Assembly (NCBI GenBank): GCA_040954595.2
Contig: CM082593.2
Span: 10,615,477-10,679,476 of the forward strand
Source: Balanoglossus misakiensis
Taxonomy: Eukaryota > Animalia > Hemichordata
Reading direction: 5' to 3'
Length of the DNA: 64,000 nt
The position numbers and the translations under genes were made by a program. The notes under the pieces are model-generated. The model did no database searches. It saw nothing but the letters and a program-made list of their open reading frames with translations, and was not told the origin of the DNA. This document shows, one piece after another, positions 11,401-24,648 of the stretch. Each line of letters begins with the position of its first letter. The first letter of the stretch is position 1.

Positions 11401-14400
11401 TGGACAGTGTTCTGCCCATTAATTTTGAGTGTTTGGTGGGGTCAACCTTTGCGTCAACATTAACCAGAGCACACAGTAACCAGGCCGTAGTGGACAGTGT
11501 TCTGCCCATTAATTTTGAGTGTTTGGTGGGGTCAACCTTTGCGTCAACATTAACCAGAGCACACAGTAACCAGGCCGTAGTGGACAGTGTTCTGCCCATT
11601 AATTTTGAGTGTTTGGTGGGGTCAACCTTTGCGTCAACATTAACCAGAGCACACAGTAACCAGGCCATAGTGGACAGTGTTCTGCCCATTTATTTTGAGT
11701 GTTTGGTGGGGTCAACCTTTGCGTCAACATTAACCAGAGCACACAGTAACCAGGCCGTAGTGGACAGTGTTCTGCCCATTAATTTTGAGTGTTTGGTGGG
11801 GTCAACCTTTGCGTCAACATTAACCAGAGCACACAGTAACCAGGCCATAGTGGACAGTGTGCTGCCCATTAATTTTGAGTGTTTGGTGGGGTCAACCTTT
11901 GCGTCAACATTAACCAGAGCACAGAGTAACCAGGCCATAGTGGACAGTGTTCTGCCCATTAATTTTGAGTGTTTGGTGGGGTCAACCTTTGCATCAACAT
12001 TAATCAGAGCACACAGTAACCAGGCCGTAGTGGACAGTGTTCTGCCCATTAATTTTGAGTGTTTGGTGGGGTCAACCTTTGCATCAACATTATCCAGAGC
12101 ACACAGTAACCAGGCCATAGTGGACAGTGTTCTGCCCATTAATTTTGAGTGTTTGGTGGGGTCAACCTTTGCGTCAACATTAACCAGAGCACACAGTAAC
12201 CAGGCCGTAGTGGACAGTGTTCTGCCCATTAATTTTGAGTGTTTGGTGGGGTCAACCTTTGCGTCAACATTAACTAGGCCAGAGTGGCCAGTATCGTGCC
12301 CATTAATTTTGAGTGTTTGGTGGGGTCAACCTTTGCGTCAACATTAACTAGGCCAGAGTGGCCAGTATCGTGCCCATTAATTTTGAGTGTTTGGTGGGGT
12401 CAACCTTTGCGTCAACATTAACTAGGCCAGAGTGGCCAGTATCGTGCCCATTAATTTTGAGTGTTTGGTGGGGTCAACCTTTGCGTCAACATTAACTAGG
12501 CCAGAGTGGCCAGTATCGTGCCCATTAATTTTGAGTGTTTGGTGGGGGTCAACCTTTGCGTCAACATTAACCAGAGCACACAGTAACCAGGCCGTAGTGG
12601 ACAGTGTTCTGCCCATTAATTTTGAGTGTTTGGTGGGGTCAACCTTTGCGTCAACATTAACCAGAGCACACAGTAACCAGGCCATAGTGGACAGTGTGCT
12701 GCCCATTAATTTTGAGTGTTTGGTGGGGTCAACCTTTGCGTCAACATTAACCAGAGCACACAGTAACCAGGCCATAGTGGACAGTGTTCTGCCCATTAAT
12801 TTTGAGTGTTTGGTGGGGTCAACCTTTTCGTCAACATTAACCAGAGCACACAGTAACCAGGCCGTAGTGGACAGTGTTCTGCCCATTAATTTTGAGTGTT
12901 TGGTGGGGTCAACCTTTGCGTCAACATTAACCAGAGCACACAGTAACCAGGCCGTAGTGGACAGTGTTCTGCCCATTAATTTTGAGTGTTTGGTGGGGTC
13001 AACCTTTGCGTCAACATTAACCAGAGCACACAGTAACCAGGCCATAGTGGACAGTGTTCTGCCCATTAATTTTGAGTGTTTGGTGGGGTCAACCTTTGCG
13101 TCAACATAGACCAGAGCACACAGTAACCAGGCCGTAGTGGACAGTGTTCTGCCCATTAATTTTGAGTGTTTGGTGGGGTCAACCTTTGCGTCAACATTAA
13201 CCAGAGCACACAGTAACCAGGCCATAGTGGACAGTGTTCTGCCCATTAATTTTGAGTGTTTGGTGGGGTCAACCTTTGCGTCAACATTAACCAGAGCACA
13301 CAGTAACCAGTCCGTAGTGGACAGTGTGCTGCCCATTAATTTTGAGTGTTTGGTGGGGTCAACCTTTGCGTCAACATTAACTAGGCCAGAGTGGCCAGTA
13401 TCGTGCCCATTAATTTTGAGTGTTTGGTGGGGGTCAACCTTTGCGTCAACATTAACTAGGCCAGAGTGGCCAGTATCGTGCCCATTAATTTTGAGTGTTT
13501 GGTGGGGGTCAACCTTTGCGTCAACATTAACTAGGCCAGAGTGGCCAGTATCCTGCCCATTAATTTTGAGTGTTTGGTGGGGTCAACCTTTGCGTCAACA
13601 TAGACCAGAGCACACAGTAACCAGGCCGTAGTGGACAGTGTTCTGCCCATTAATTTTGAGTGTTTGGTGGGGTCAACCTTTGCGTCAACATTAACCAGAG
13701 CACACAGTAACCAGGCCATAGTGGACAGTGTGCTGCCCATTAATTTTGAGTGTTTGGTGGGGTCAACCTTTGCGTCAACATTAACCAGAGCACACAGTAA
13801 CCAGGCCATAGTGGACAGTGTTCTGCCCATTAATTTTGAGTGTTTGGTGGGGTCAACCTTTGCGTCAACATTAACCAGAGCACACAGTAACCAGGCCATA
13901 TAGGACAGTATGCTGCCCATTAATTTTGAGTGTATGGTGGGGTCAACCTTTGCGTCAACATTAACCAGAGCACACAGTAACCAGGCCGTAGTGGACAGTG
14001 TTCTGCCCATTAATTTTGAGTGTTTGGTGGGGTCAACCTTTGCGTCAACATTAACCAGAGCACACAGTAACCAGGCCATAGTGGACAGTGTTCTGCCCAT
14101 TAATTTTGAGTGTTTGGTGGGGTCAACCTTTGCGTCAACATTAACCAGAGCACACAGTAACCAGTCCGTAGTGGACAGTGTGCTGCCCATTAATTTTGAG
14201 TGTTTGGTGGGGTCAACCTTTGCGTCAACATTAACTAGGCCAGAGTGGCCAGTATCGTGCCCATTAATTTTGAGTGTTTGGTGGGGGTCAACCTTTGCGT
14301 CAACATTAACTAGGCCAGAGTGGCCAGTATCCTGCCCATTAATTTTGAGTGTTTGGTGGGGGTTAACCTTTGCGTCAACATTAACTAGGCCAGAGTGGCC

Positions 14401-16534
14401 AGTATCCTGCCCATTAATTTTGAGTGTTTGGTGGGGTCAACCTTTGCATCAACATTAACCAGAGCACACAGTAACCAGGCCATAGTGGACAGTGTTCTGC
14501 CCATTAATTTTGAGTGTTTGGTGGGGTCAACCTTTGCATCAACATTAACCAGAGCACACAGTAACCAGGCCGTAGTGGACAGTGTGCTGCCCATTAATTT
14601 TGAGTGTTTGGTGGGGTCAACCTTTGCGTCAACATTAACTAGGCCAGAGTGGCCAGTATCGTGCCCATTAATTTTGAGTGTTTGGTGGGGGTCAACCTTT
14701 GCGTCAACATTAACTAGGCCAGAGTGGCCAGTATCGTGCCCATTAATTTTGAGTGTTTGGTGGGGGTCAACCTTTGCGTCAACATTAACTAGGCCAGAGT
14801 GGCCAGTATCCTGCCCATTAATTTTGAGTGTTTGGTGGGGTCAACCTTTGCGTCAACATAGACCAGAGCACACAGTAACCAGGCCGTAGTGGACAGTGTT
14901 CTGCCCATTAATTTTGAGTGTTTGGTGGGGTCAACCTTTGCGTCAACATTAACCAGAGCACACAGTAACCAGGCCATAGTGGACAGTGTGCTGCCCATTA
15001 ATTTTGAGTGTTTGGTGGGGTCAACCTTTGCGTCAACATTAACCAGAGCACACAGTAACCAGGCCATAGTGGACAGTGTTCTGCCCATTAATTTTGAGTG
15101 TTTGGTGGGGTCAACCTTTGCGTCAACATTAACCAGAGCACACAGTAACCAGGCCATATAGGACAGTATGCTGCCCATTAATTTTGAGTGTATGGTGGGG
15201 TCAACCTTTGCGTCAACATTAACCAGAGCACACAGTAACCAGGCCGTAGTGGACAGTGTTCTGCCCATTAATTTTGAGTGTTTGGTGGGGTCAACCTTTG
15301 CGTCAACATTAACCAGAGCACACAGTAACCAGGCCATAGTGGACAGTGTTCTGCCCATTAATTTTGAGTGTTTGGTGGGGTCAACCTTTGCGTCAACATT
15401 AACCAGAGCACACAGTAACCAGTCCGTAGTGGACAGTGTGCTGCCCATTAATTTTGAGTGTTTGGTGGGGTCAACCTTTGCGTCAACATTAACTAGGCCA
15501 GAGTGGCCAGTATCGTGCCCATTAATTTTGAGTGTTTGGTGGGGGTCAACCTTTGCGTCAACATTAACTAGGCCAGAGTGGCCAGTATCCTGCCCATTAA
15601 TTTTGAGTGTTTGGTGGGGGTTAACCTTTGCGTCAACATTAACTAGGCCAGAGTGGCCAGTATCCTGCCCATTAATTTTGAGTGTTTGGTGGGGTCAACC
15701 TTTGCATCAACATTAACCAGAGCACACAGTAACCAGGCCATAGTGGACAGTGTTCTGCCCATTAATTTTGAGTGTTTGGTGGGGTCAACCTTTGCATCAA
15801 CATTAACCAGAGCACACAGTAACCAGGCCGTAGTGGACAGTGTGCTGCCCATTAATTTTGAGTGTTTGGTGGGGTCAACCTTTGCGTCAACATTAACTAG
15901 GCCAGAGTGGCCAGTATCGTGCCCATTAATTTTGAGTGTTTGGTGGGGGTCAACCTTTGCGTCAACATTAACTAGGCCAGAGTGGCCAGTATCCTGCCCA
16001 TTAATTTTGAGTGTTTGGTGGAGTCAACCTTTGCATCAACATTAACCAGAGCACACAGTAACCAGGCCATAGTGGACAGTGTTCTGCCCATTAATTTTGA
16101 GTGTTTGGTGGGGTCAACCTTTGCATCAACATTAACCAGAGCACACAGTAACCAGGCCGTAGTGGACAGTGTGCTGCCCATTAATTTTGAGTGTTTGGTG
16201 GGGTCAACCTTTGCGTCAACATTAACCAGAGCACACAGTAACCAGGCCATAGTGGACAGTATGCTGCCCATTGATTTTGAGTGTTTGGTGGGGTCAACCT
16301 TTGCGTCAACATTAACTAGGCCAGAGTGGCCAGTATCGTGCCCATTAATTTTGAGTGTTTGGTGGGGTCAACCTTTGCGTCTACATTAACTAGGCCAGAG
16401 TGGCCAGTATGCTGCCTATTAATTTTGAGTGTTTGGTGGGGTCAACCTTTGCGTCAACATTAAGCAGGCCAGACAGTAACCAGGCCAGAGTGGACAGTAT
16501 CCTGCCTATTAATTTTGAGTGATTTGTGGGTCAA
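5439..16534. repeat. Satellite array of ~96 90-bp (A) and ~32 74/75-bp (B) monomers
   Basis: A=TTAACCAGAGCACACAGTAACCAGGCCGTAGTGGACAGTGTTCTGCCCATTAATTTTGAGTGTTTGGTGGGGTCAACCTTTGCGTCAACA; B=TTAACTAGGCCAGAGTGGCCAGTATCGTGCCC plus the same 3' half; near-identical copies. Confidence 0.99.
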
Positions 16535-16944
16535 TTTGATCAAATACTGCCTACCGCTGGCGCTGCATATTTGAAGAAATGTGAAAAGATGGCAAGACAG
16601 GTTTGGTAAATGTGGGCCCCCTAACTGAAGCAAAAGCACAAACTTAAAACAAAGATATGAATTTGGAAGAGTTTTATTTAATACATATGAAAAATAATGA
16701 AGACTTATGCTTCAAAGTAAGTATCGACGGAGTCGAACCGCCAATGCTGCAATGGCATTATACCCATAATACTTTTTTGCTTTTTGCATGAATTTCATTA
16801 TTTTTCATATGCTGTGCAGCTAAAGTGTGGCTAGATGACTAACTGCTGATGTAAAATATCTTGCATACCAATTTGGAACAATTACCCCAAGTAGTGGTCA
16901 AACAGAAACAATGCTTGCATTCAATTTAAAACAAGGTGACAAAA

Positions 16945-17051
16945 GTGGTTGAAATGAAACAATAAGCAAAAACAGTGTTTATCAAACTGAAATAATGTGG
17001 TCGAAATGAAACAATGAGCAAAAACAGTGTTTATCAAACTGAAATAATGTG
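16945..17051. repeat. 52-bp tandem duplication
   Basis: GAAATGAAACAAT.AGCAAAAACAGTGTTTATCAAACTGAAATAATGTG at 16951 and 17003. Confidence 0.9.
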
Positions 17052-17478
17052 CCAAAATAGCTCCTGTTGATATTGCACAAAATTAACTGTTGCATTCTAC
17101 CCTTGAGTTAATTTTTATTTCCAGGCAATTATGTGCTTAATACTAAATATTATCTATGGGTACAAACCATCAGTTTCTTAAGTGCAAATCGCAAGAAGCT
17201 CCCCCATACAATTTTAGTGTTTTTTTAAATCAAGCAAGATAATTACATACTGTGTGATAAACTAACTAACTTTACGCGCCTGGGGACAGTTAAAAACCTC
17301 GAGCCAAATATAAAATGAGGAAAAACTGCCCCCTCCCCCGTTGTGAATTTTAAAAGGTTGGGGCTCAAACTAACCAGAATTGTCTTGCCGACTCCTATTT
17401 TTCTGTGTACATTTTGATGTATTGTTGTTACGCGAGATTGAGGATTCGTGTTGATGCGGGAATTACGATGACGAAAGC

Positions 17479-17675
17479 AAAAAATCCATCGGCGAATCAA
17501 ACGGGCACACGGCGAAATTCCATTACACGACGATCCAACTGCGATGAAGAACGCGAACGCGGGTAACGTTGTAAAAAATCCATCGGCGAATCAAACGGGC
17601 ACACGGCGAAATTCCATTACATGACGAGCGACCTGCAATGAAGAACGCGAACGCGGGTAACGCTGCAAAAAATCC
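17479..17675. repeat. ~94-bp CpG-rich tandem duplication
   Basis: AAAAAATCCATCGGCGAATCAAACGGGCACACGGCGAAATTCCATTACA...GAAGAACGCGAACGCGGGTAACG occurs twice. Confidence 0.9.
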
Positions 17676-18096
17676 GCAGACAATTATTACACGAATGCAT
17701 AGCAACAATTATTTTACCCAACCTGACACTAATAAATTACCCAATGATTTTAAATTTCTTATTATTACACCCCAACTAATCATTATACCTTTGTAATATT
17801 AACACCGTTTATACACATCCCATAATGTTTATACCATCAAGTTAATACCATTTTATTATTATTATACCACCAAAACCATGTGTTACCCATTTTTTTATTA
17901 TTACACCATTGATGTTAACACCTTTATATATTATACCGGTATTTACCCTCTGTACATGTACAGTTTTTATTTACCACGTGGCATTACTCATGTTTTTATA
18001 GTATTTTAATTACTTATCATACCCTTGAAACCATAATATTATACCCTTGCAGACAGTTTTATTATAGTACCCTTGTGCACAATGTCTTATTAGTCA

Positions 18097-18275
18097 TCAT
18101 ACACCAACCCTTCACCATTTCATTAGATTATACCATTTTTATTAGCCTAACCTGTTTATACACCAACCCTTCACCATTCCGTTAGATTATACCATTTTTT
18201 ATTACCCTAACATATTCATACACCAACCCTTTACCATTCCCTCAGATTAAACCATTTTTATTAGCCTAACCTATT
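18097..18275. repeat. ~59-bp tandem repeat, 3 copies
   Basis: ATACACCAACCCTTCACCATT...AGATTATACCATTTTTATTAGCCTAAC. Confidence 0.85.
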
Positions 18276-18454
18276 GACAGCATCCCTCTGGTTTTGATAT
18301 TGTTATCTGGTGCGGCGTTGTTGTAGATATTGATTAGACTCCCTCCGGCGATGATAATACCAATGAACCTATTGAAAAAAAAGAATGAATATTATTAATT
18401 AGATCAGATCAACAAATCATGGCGTCGTTCATCCCTCTGGTCACAGGAGCATCA

Positions 18455-19075
18455 TCTGGCGTCGTTACAGGTTTAAGTTCATCCCTCCAGTACAGTATAA
18501 GGTGGCGGCGTCGTTACAAGTATTAAGTTCATCTCTCCAGTACAGTATTAGGTGGCGGCGTCGTTACAAGTATTAACTTCATCTCTCCAGTACAGTATTA
18601 GGTGGCGGCGTCGTTACAAGTATTAAGTTCATCTCTCCAGTACAGTATTAGGTGGCGGCGTCGTTACAAGTTTAAGTTCATCCCTCCAGTACAGTATTAG
18701 GTGGCGGCGTCGTTACAAGTATTAACTTCATCCCTCCAGTACAGTATTAGGTGGCGGCGTCGTTACAAGTATTAACTTCATCTCTCCAGTACAGTATTAG
18801 GTGGCGGCGTCGTTACAAGTATTAAGTTCATCTCTCCAGTACAGTATTAGGTGGCGGCGTCGTTACAAGTATTAACTTCATCACTCCAGTACAGTATTAG
18901 GTGGCGGCGTCGTTACAAGTATTAACTTCATCTCTCCAGTACAGTATTAGGTGGCGGCGTCGTTACAAGTATTAACTTCATCTCTCCAGTACAGTATTAG
19001 GTGGCGGCGTCGTTACAAGTTTAAGTTCATACCTCCAGTACAGTATTAGGTGGAGACGTCGTTACAAATATTACA
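18455..19075. repeat. 49/50-bp minisatellite, ~12 copies
   Basis: GGTGGCGGCGTCGTTACAAGTATTAAGTTCATCTCTCCAGTACAGTATTA. Confidence 0.97.
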
Positions 19076-19821
19076 CTCCCTCCAGCAGCAGTGTTACCAA
19101 AGAACCTAATGTAAAAAAAGAATGAAATTATTTTAATAATCTGATTAGGTCAAGTCATCATATTGATAAAGAACGCTGCCAGCACCATTGGTTGGGCCCA
19201 AACGGTTCCCATTGTTACCAGGGTATGCCAAGGCTGTATTCTGCTGTGAATACCAAGATATATGAAAGCTGGTCAAAGGTTACCCCAGGGTCATTGAAAA
19301 TCGCAAAAAATAGCGTCAAGGACACTGTGGTCTCATTTAGTGATTACACTAGAAAAAGTCTACACAGGAGTACAGACAGACAGACACACACATAGAGAGG
19401 CAATAAAATATGATGCCCCCCCCCCCCAGCCCCGAAAACATCTTGATCTTATGTATGCTGGCCTGGTACAATAGACAAACCAGCCAATTAATGAAAATTT
19501 TATACAAATACAGAGCTCAAAGTTGCATTTTAGTGAGCCCAAAAGCAAATTAACTCAATGTTACGACAAATTTTACTTTTGCCACTCAAAGTTTGCATCG
19601 GTGGGGTGGGATGGCAAGTACTCTTCCCTGATACAATAGACAAACCAGCCAATAAATGAAATGAGGTGAAGAATGAAGGTGAAGAATGAATAACTTTATT
19701 TGATTCCATTATCTAAACAAACACATCCAATTAACTTCCTACTCAAATTTCAAAGTAATCAGTCATAGGTTTTGTAAATCATCATGAGAAATCACCCTGA
19801 AACCAAATCAAATCAAAAATC

Positions 19822-20118
19822 ATATAAGCCTAGTCGGGCTCTGCGCTCCAGCTCAAGGAACCAGTTGTGTGTACCAAAGTACAGACTCAAAACATATGGT
19901 GGATGTGCCTTTTCCCTTGTCGCGCCACAACTTTGGAATTCTCTGCCATCTGACATTCAACAGGCTTCTAGTCTCAACATTTTCAAACAAAAACTCAAGA
20001 CATTTCTATTTGTCAAAGCCTACGAACACTGATGTTATACTTTCAGCGCCTTTGGAAATAACATTGTTATTGATTCTGGCGCTTTATAAATGTTTGTTTT
20101 GATTTGATTTGATTTGAT
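19822..20118 (+). mobile_element. 5'-truncated L2/CR1-group LINE 3' end
   Basis: YKPSRALRSSSRNQLCVPKYRLKTYGGCAFSLVAPQLWNSLPSDIQQASSLNIFKQKLKTFLF; 3' UTR with AGCGCC..GGCGCT stem and (GATTT)n tail. Confidence 0.9.
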
Positions 20119-21610
20119 CCCCCAAAAATATACTATTCAATTCATCAAGTTGATTTGAAAAACATACATGCAAATCTTACTTGAGCTACCCCTAACATGA
20201 CTAACAAATTTTAAAGCAATGGAACAAGCGGTTTTAGAGAAAAAAAAATAATTAAACAAGGCTGAAATTGCTCCAAAATTATCAATATGCAAATTTTGCA
20301 ACATTTCAACAAAAGTATTGTAACTCATATCACCTACATGAAGCTTCATACTAAATTTTTTTACCACAAATGAGGAAAAAGGCAAAAAATGCATAAAATA
20401 GAACATTCAAACTATTAGTTAAAAAAATACAGGATTGTATGTGGTTGACATAAGGTACTTGCATACCAATTGTCAAATCAATCTGTAAATTATCATGAGA
20501 ACAAACCCTGAAACCTTCAAATCAAATTTCAAAGCAGTGGGGGTAAAGGGGGCACAGTACGATATTTTACCCACAACTCTCCATGATTTGTATCATCGAG
20601 ATTGTCCATTTAATTACTTTCTGTTTTAGATACTAACAATGATATGAAGTACATATAACTGTATTAAGATTTATCTAGAAAAAGTATGTTGAGGAATTAG
20701 AGTGAAAATTTCAAAATCAAGATTTAAAAGCCATAGAAATCAAAGTATTCATTCATGTACGTCAAATGTCACACTTAGGAGGAAAGAAGCAATGACTAAC
20801 TGAGGTGGCCAGTCTCTGTTGAAAGTTAACATGTAAATTTCCATTGTTCTGTCTATAGAAAAAAATCAATATCGTTTTGTTTGATTAAACAAGTGTTTCA
20901 AGTGTCCCTGTTTTACTTCAAATATTTTTGTATCGGCTGGCTATGCAATTGCTTATTTTATAAAATTTGTATCTCCTCTTTCAATAATGCATGATTTTGT
21001 TTATCATTTGAAATGGTAATTGACAATAAGATTCGCCTTTAAAGCATGCTCTCAAAATTTGTATTAGTGGTCTACAATTTTCTCTACACATGTGAACTTT
21101 GCCTGGTTTGACCGAGTAATCTCTGGTTGTACAAACCAGAGTGATTCATGGGATATTTCACGTACTGTGGGGGGTTCTGAGAAGAGTTTTGACCAAAAAT
21201 GGCAAAAATCATCCCAAAAATATACTATTCAATTCATCAAGTTGATTTGAAAAACATACATGCAAATCTTACTTGGGCTACCCCTAATATGACTAACAAA
21301 TTTCAAAGCAATGTAACAACCGGTTTAAAAAAAAAATTCAAAAACGGCCGAAATTGCTCCAAAATTATGAATATGCAAATTTTGCAACATTTTAACAAAA
21401 GTATGCTAACTCATATCACCTATATGAAGCTTCATACTAAATTTCAAAGAAGTCGTCTCATCAATTTTAGAAAAGTAGATGTTTTACCAAAAATGAGGAA
21501 AAAGGCAAAAAATGCATAAAAATAGAACATTCAAACTATTCAAAATACAGGACTGTATGTGGTTGACATAAGGTACTTGCATACCAATTGTCAAATCAAT
21601 CTGACCAGTG
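20118..21610. repeat. Two ~400-bp direct copies of a HINE-like core repeat (20118-20490 and 21211-21605)
   Basis: CCCAAAAATATACTATTCAATTCATCAAGTTGATTTGAAAAACATACATGCAAATCTTACTTG...GGTACTTGCATACCAATTGTCAAATCAATCTG occurs twice. Confidence 0.85.
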
Positions 21611-21949
21611 GTTTTGACCAATTTCAAATTTTCCCAGCTAATTTGCATTTATTTAACAATTTCAACTGAATATGGCTGCCAGGTCAAATGACTGATTTGA
21701 ATTTCAAGGTGCACACTCATTGGCAAGGACAACTGTGACAAATTCAAGAAGCATAGGTGTGGCAGGTTTTCAGAGCAAGGTGTAAAAAATATCCAGGGAA
21801 TGGGGCCCAAGCTCCTAAAAACCCAGCACAATACCAATAGGGACTCATATTACTAACAAAGTGTAAGCCTGTAATAAGTCAAAAGCTGCACATCTTTTTA
21901 CCACCTCGTGCCAGTACTAAGCAATAAGACTTTTTATAGAGTTGTTTAA

Positions 21950-22682
21950 GGTGGCACTGCATGAAACCGTTGAGACTTTTTCAGAGGCCTATTTCTCATC
22001 AAAGACAAAGTTTAAACCCCCATAAACCATATATATTCTGGAAGCTGAGATTTTGAACTTTTGTTTGAGTTGCAAATATTATTGATCCCCGGAAATGGTG
22101 GCGATTTTGGGCGAAAAAACCCATTTTTTGATATTATGTCATGAAATTTAAAATAGGTAAAAAAGTTGACCATGCATCATGCATCTTAATATGTCATTCG
22201 AAACTAAAGTACACGTGCAAAAAAACGCTAATTTTGTTTTGCGTTATCTGCTTCCATTGAGGAGTAACAGCGTTTGAAAGTTAGATTTTCTGAAAATTTG
22301 ATCAAATTCACGGTGAGTTGTATTGAATCAGAGTTTATTCCCGCCAGGGACACTTTATCGACATACAAAACTAGCGTTTTGTTGGATGGGTCATACACAA
22401 TTCCCTGTCAAAATTTGAGCAAATTCGGCCAATGCAGGGCGAAGCTATTTTAGTCCGAAGTTGTCAAAAGCAGCGAAAATGCAAACCGAGAAAAACGGCC
22501 ATTTGCATTGTTGACACCTATTTGTTAAGCTGTGAACTCATTCAGAAAAGTGCTATTTGGGGGTGATTGTGCACCATTTCCGCCAAGACGTATTAGTCAG
22601 GATGTGGGTGAGTATTAGGCCTACCGATTTATGTAAAAAAGTAAAATTTGGCAAAAATCACAACTTTTCATGCAATGCCACC
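21950..22682. mobile_element. Non-autonomous Kolobok-like DNA transposon
   Basis: TTAA|GGTGGCACTGCATGAAACCGTTG ... CAACTTTTCATGCAATGCCACC|TTAA. Confidence 0.85.
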
Positions 22683-24039
22683 TTAATTGTCTCTGCTGAT
22701 GCCAGAGATTGAAAAAGAATCCTACAAGTTAGGATTTTCAGAAACAATGATAGCTATTTCTATTACTGTTTGTAAACAAAAATGTGATGTTCACCGCCTT
22801 GTTTTCAGAAAAGTATTTACATAAATGTTTTTCCATAGAGTTAACACAGACATTGGCAGCCATCTTGAATTTCAAAAACTGCAACAATATCTCCAATGCA
22901 ACAAATCTGCAAATTGTACTATTTGACACCTGACTTAGGTCAAGGGGTTTCAGAGATGATGACTACTCTTCAGACTCAGACAAAATAATAATGCAATATT
23001 CAGCGGAATTTCAAAAGCATTGACTAAGATCACCAAGGGACAATTCATACCAAAGATCAAAACAATTAGACGTACCTATTTTAAAGATCATTATGAAAAC
23101 TTTACAGATTCGGTTATAATGTAAATAAAAGTAGATCACCCCTGTGGACATGGCAATCAGACATGCATATTCTGACAAGATTTTTTGTTTGTACAAAAAG
23201 GCAACTGTCTCCAAAATACAAAATTACAGATTATGTCATATACCTCAGGGAGATCAATACTAAATTTCAGAGAAAATTTCCCCCCAAATATGCAAATTTC
23301 ACCATATTTTGAAGAAACAACTTGTGTCATACCTAGAAACCTGCATAGTCAAAGTAATCTACGAGCTTAGCTTTTTTCTTCCAAAAACAGCAAAAAACTT
23401 GTTCCAAACTACAAATATGCAGAATTCAACACAATTTGAACACACATTACTTCGCCACCCCAAGAAACCTGCACACCAATTTTAAAAGCACTTGCGCCAG
23501 TGATTTCAGAAAAGAAAAATGTTGACAGACATAGGATGACTGAACATCTATCTACCTGTCAGATAACTTTTGCAGTGCTGAGAGCAGAGCTAGAGATTGG
23601 TGTTGTCTTTTTACATTTTAAATCATCACACTTTGCTACTCAAAGCTACTATTCTGCTATGCTTGAGAAATGACTTGGGACCATTTTTGGCAAACAATAG
23701 TCACTAATCTTCCTCAGTTTATAGTACAATGTACCTACACTGTTTTAGTAATGTACTGAAAATGTTCAGACTATTTCTTGTGTCTGCATATGTCTTTAGT
23801 ACAGAAGAATAATCTATCCGGTTGTCATTTCTCTGTTTATTCAGAAATAAACTAGTCTGGGTTGCAACAGTACAAATTTTAAAATATTCATACCCTTTCT
23901 GAAGGATGTTCAAAACCAATACCTATGTGAAGCATTATATCAAATTTGCTGGGTAACTGTGGATTTATAACTTTTGCTAATTACAGTGCTAACTCACACT
24001 GGATGATTCGACGGTAATTTTAGATTCATATGAAGATTT

Positions 24040-24648
24040 TTTACCAATAATGTTGAAAAATACAAACAAATGCATCAAAAATAGAAAATCAAAATTAGCT
24101 CAAAACATACAGGACTGTATGAGGTAGGCATAAGGTACTTGCATACCAATTTCCAAATCAATCTGACCAGCAGTTGTTGAATTTTGCGAGTTTTGACCAA
24201 TTTCACATTTTCCAGCTAATTTGCATATATTTGGTAATGACATTTTCATGTTAACAAACTCCAATCTACAGCCCAGCCTGCATCTGCACACCAAATATCG
24301 AGGTGATATGCACAACGGTTTTCAAGTTTTAGATGTGGACGGACATACAGACATACATCCATACAAACAGACAGACATACTGTAAAACACTTTATTTTCG
24401 CGAGCAATTAATTTTCGCCAAATACGCGAGAGCCAAAATAACGTGAAAATAAAAAGTCGCGTAAATTGTTTTTGAAGATAACGATGCAGTGAATGAAATA
24501 AGAGAACGCGAAAATTAATACTCGCGAAACAGTGGCCTCTCTCGATATCGCGAAAAATTTAACTCGCGAAAATACAGTACATCCATACATAAATACAGAC
24601 GCAACTGATTCCATAAGGCCCATGGTACATACCATATGGGACCTAAAA
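24040..24648 (+). mobile_element. HINE/pearl-like element; related 3' ends at ~26670, ~27165, ~33003, ~33825 and ~34345
   Basis: Core subrepeats, then (ACAG/ACAT)n microsatellite, then a terminal palindrome such as AGGTCCCAT...ATGGGACCT before an A-rich end. Confidence 0.65.
24378..24579. mobile_element. TA-target MITE nested in the HINE microsatellite
   Basis: TACTGTAAAACACTTTATTTTCGCGAG ... CGCGAAAATACAGTA; internal part is an inverted copy of 954-1163. Confidence 0.85.

Noticed and set aside
5439-16389. Long repeat ORFs as protein-coding genes
   Set aside because: Explained by a 90-bp unit; broken by 74-bp units and stops; nucleotide-level homogeneity
5439-16534. CRISPR-like array (constant 3' half with a variable 5' half)
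   Set aside because: Only two recurring variants rather than unique spacers; no cas genes; eukaryotic context
16720-16760. tRNA or SINE from a minus-strand B-box (GGTTCGACTCC)
   Set aside because: No A-box or cloverleaf could be built
19805-19822. Inverted copy of the LINE (GATTT)n tail suggesting twin priming
   Set aside because: The same CAAATCAAAT context occurs in the host repeat at ~20518, so it is likely host sequence
20545-21172. Possible TIR element CACAGTACG...CGTACTGTG
   Set aside because: Only a 9-bp match and no convincing TSD
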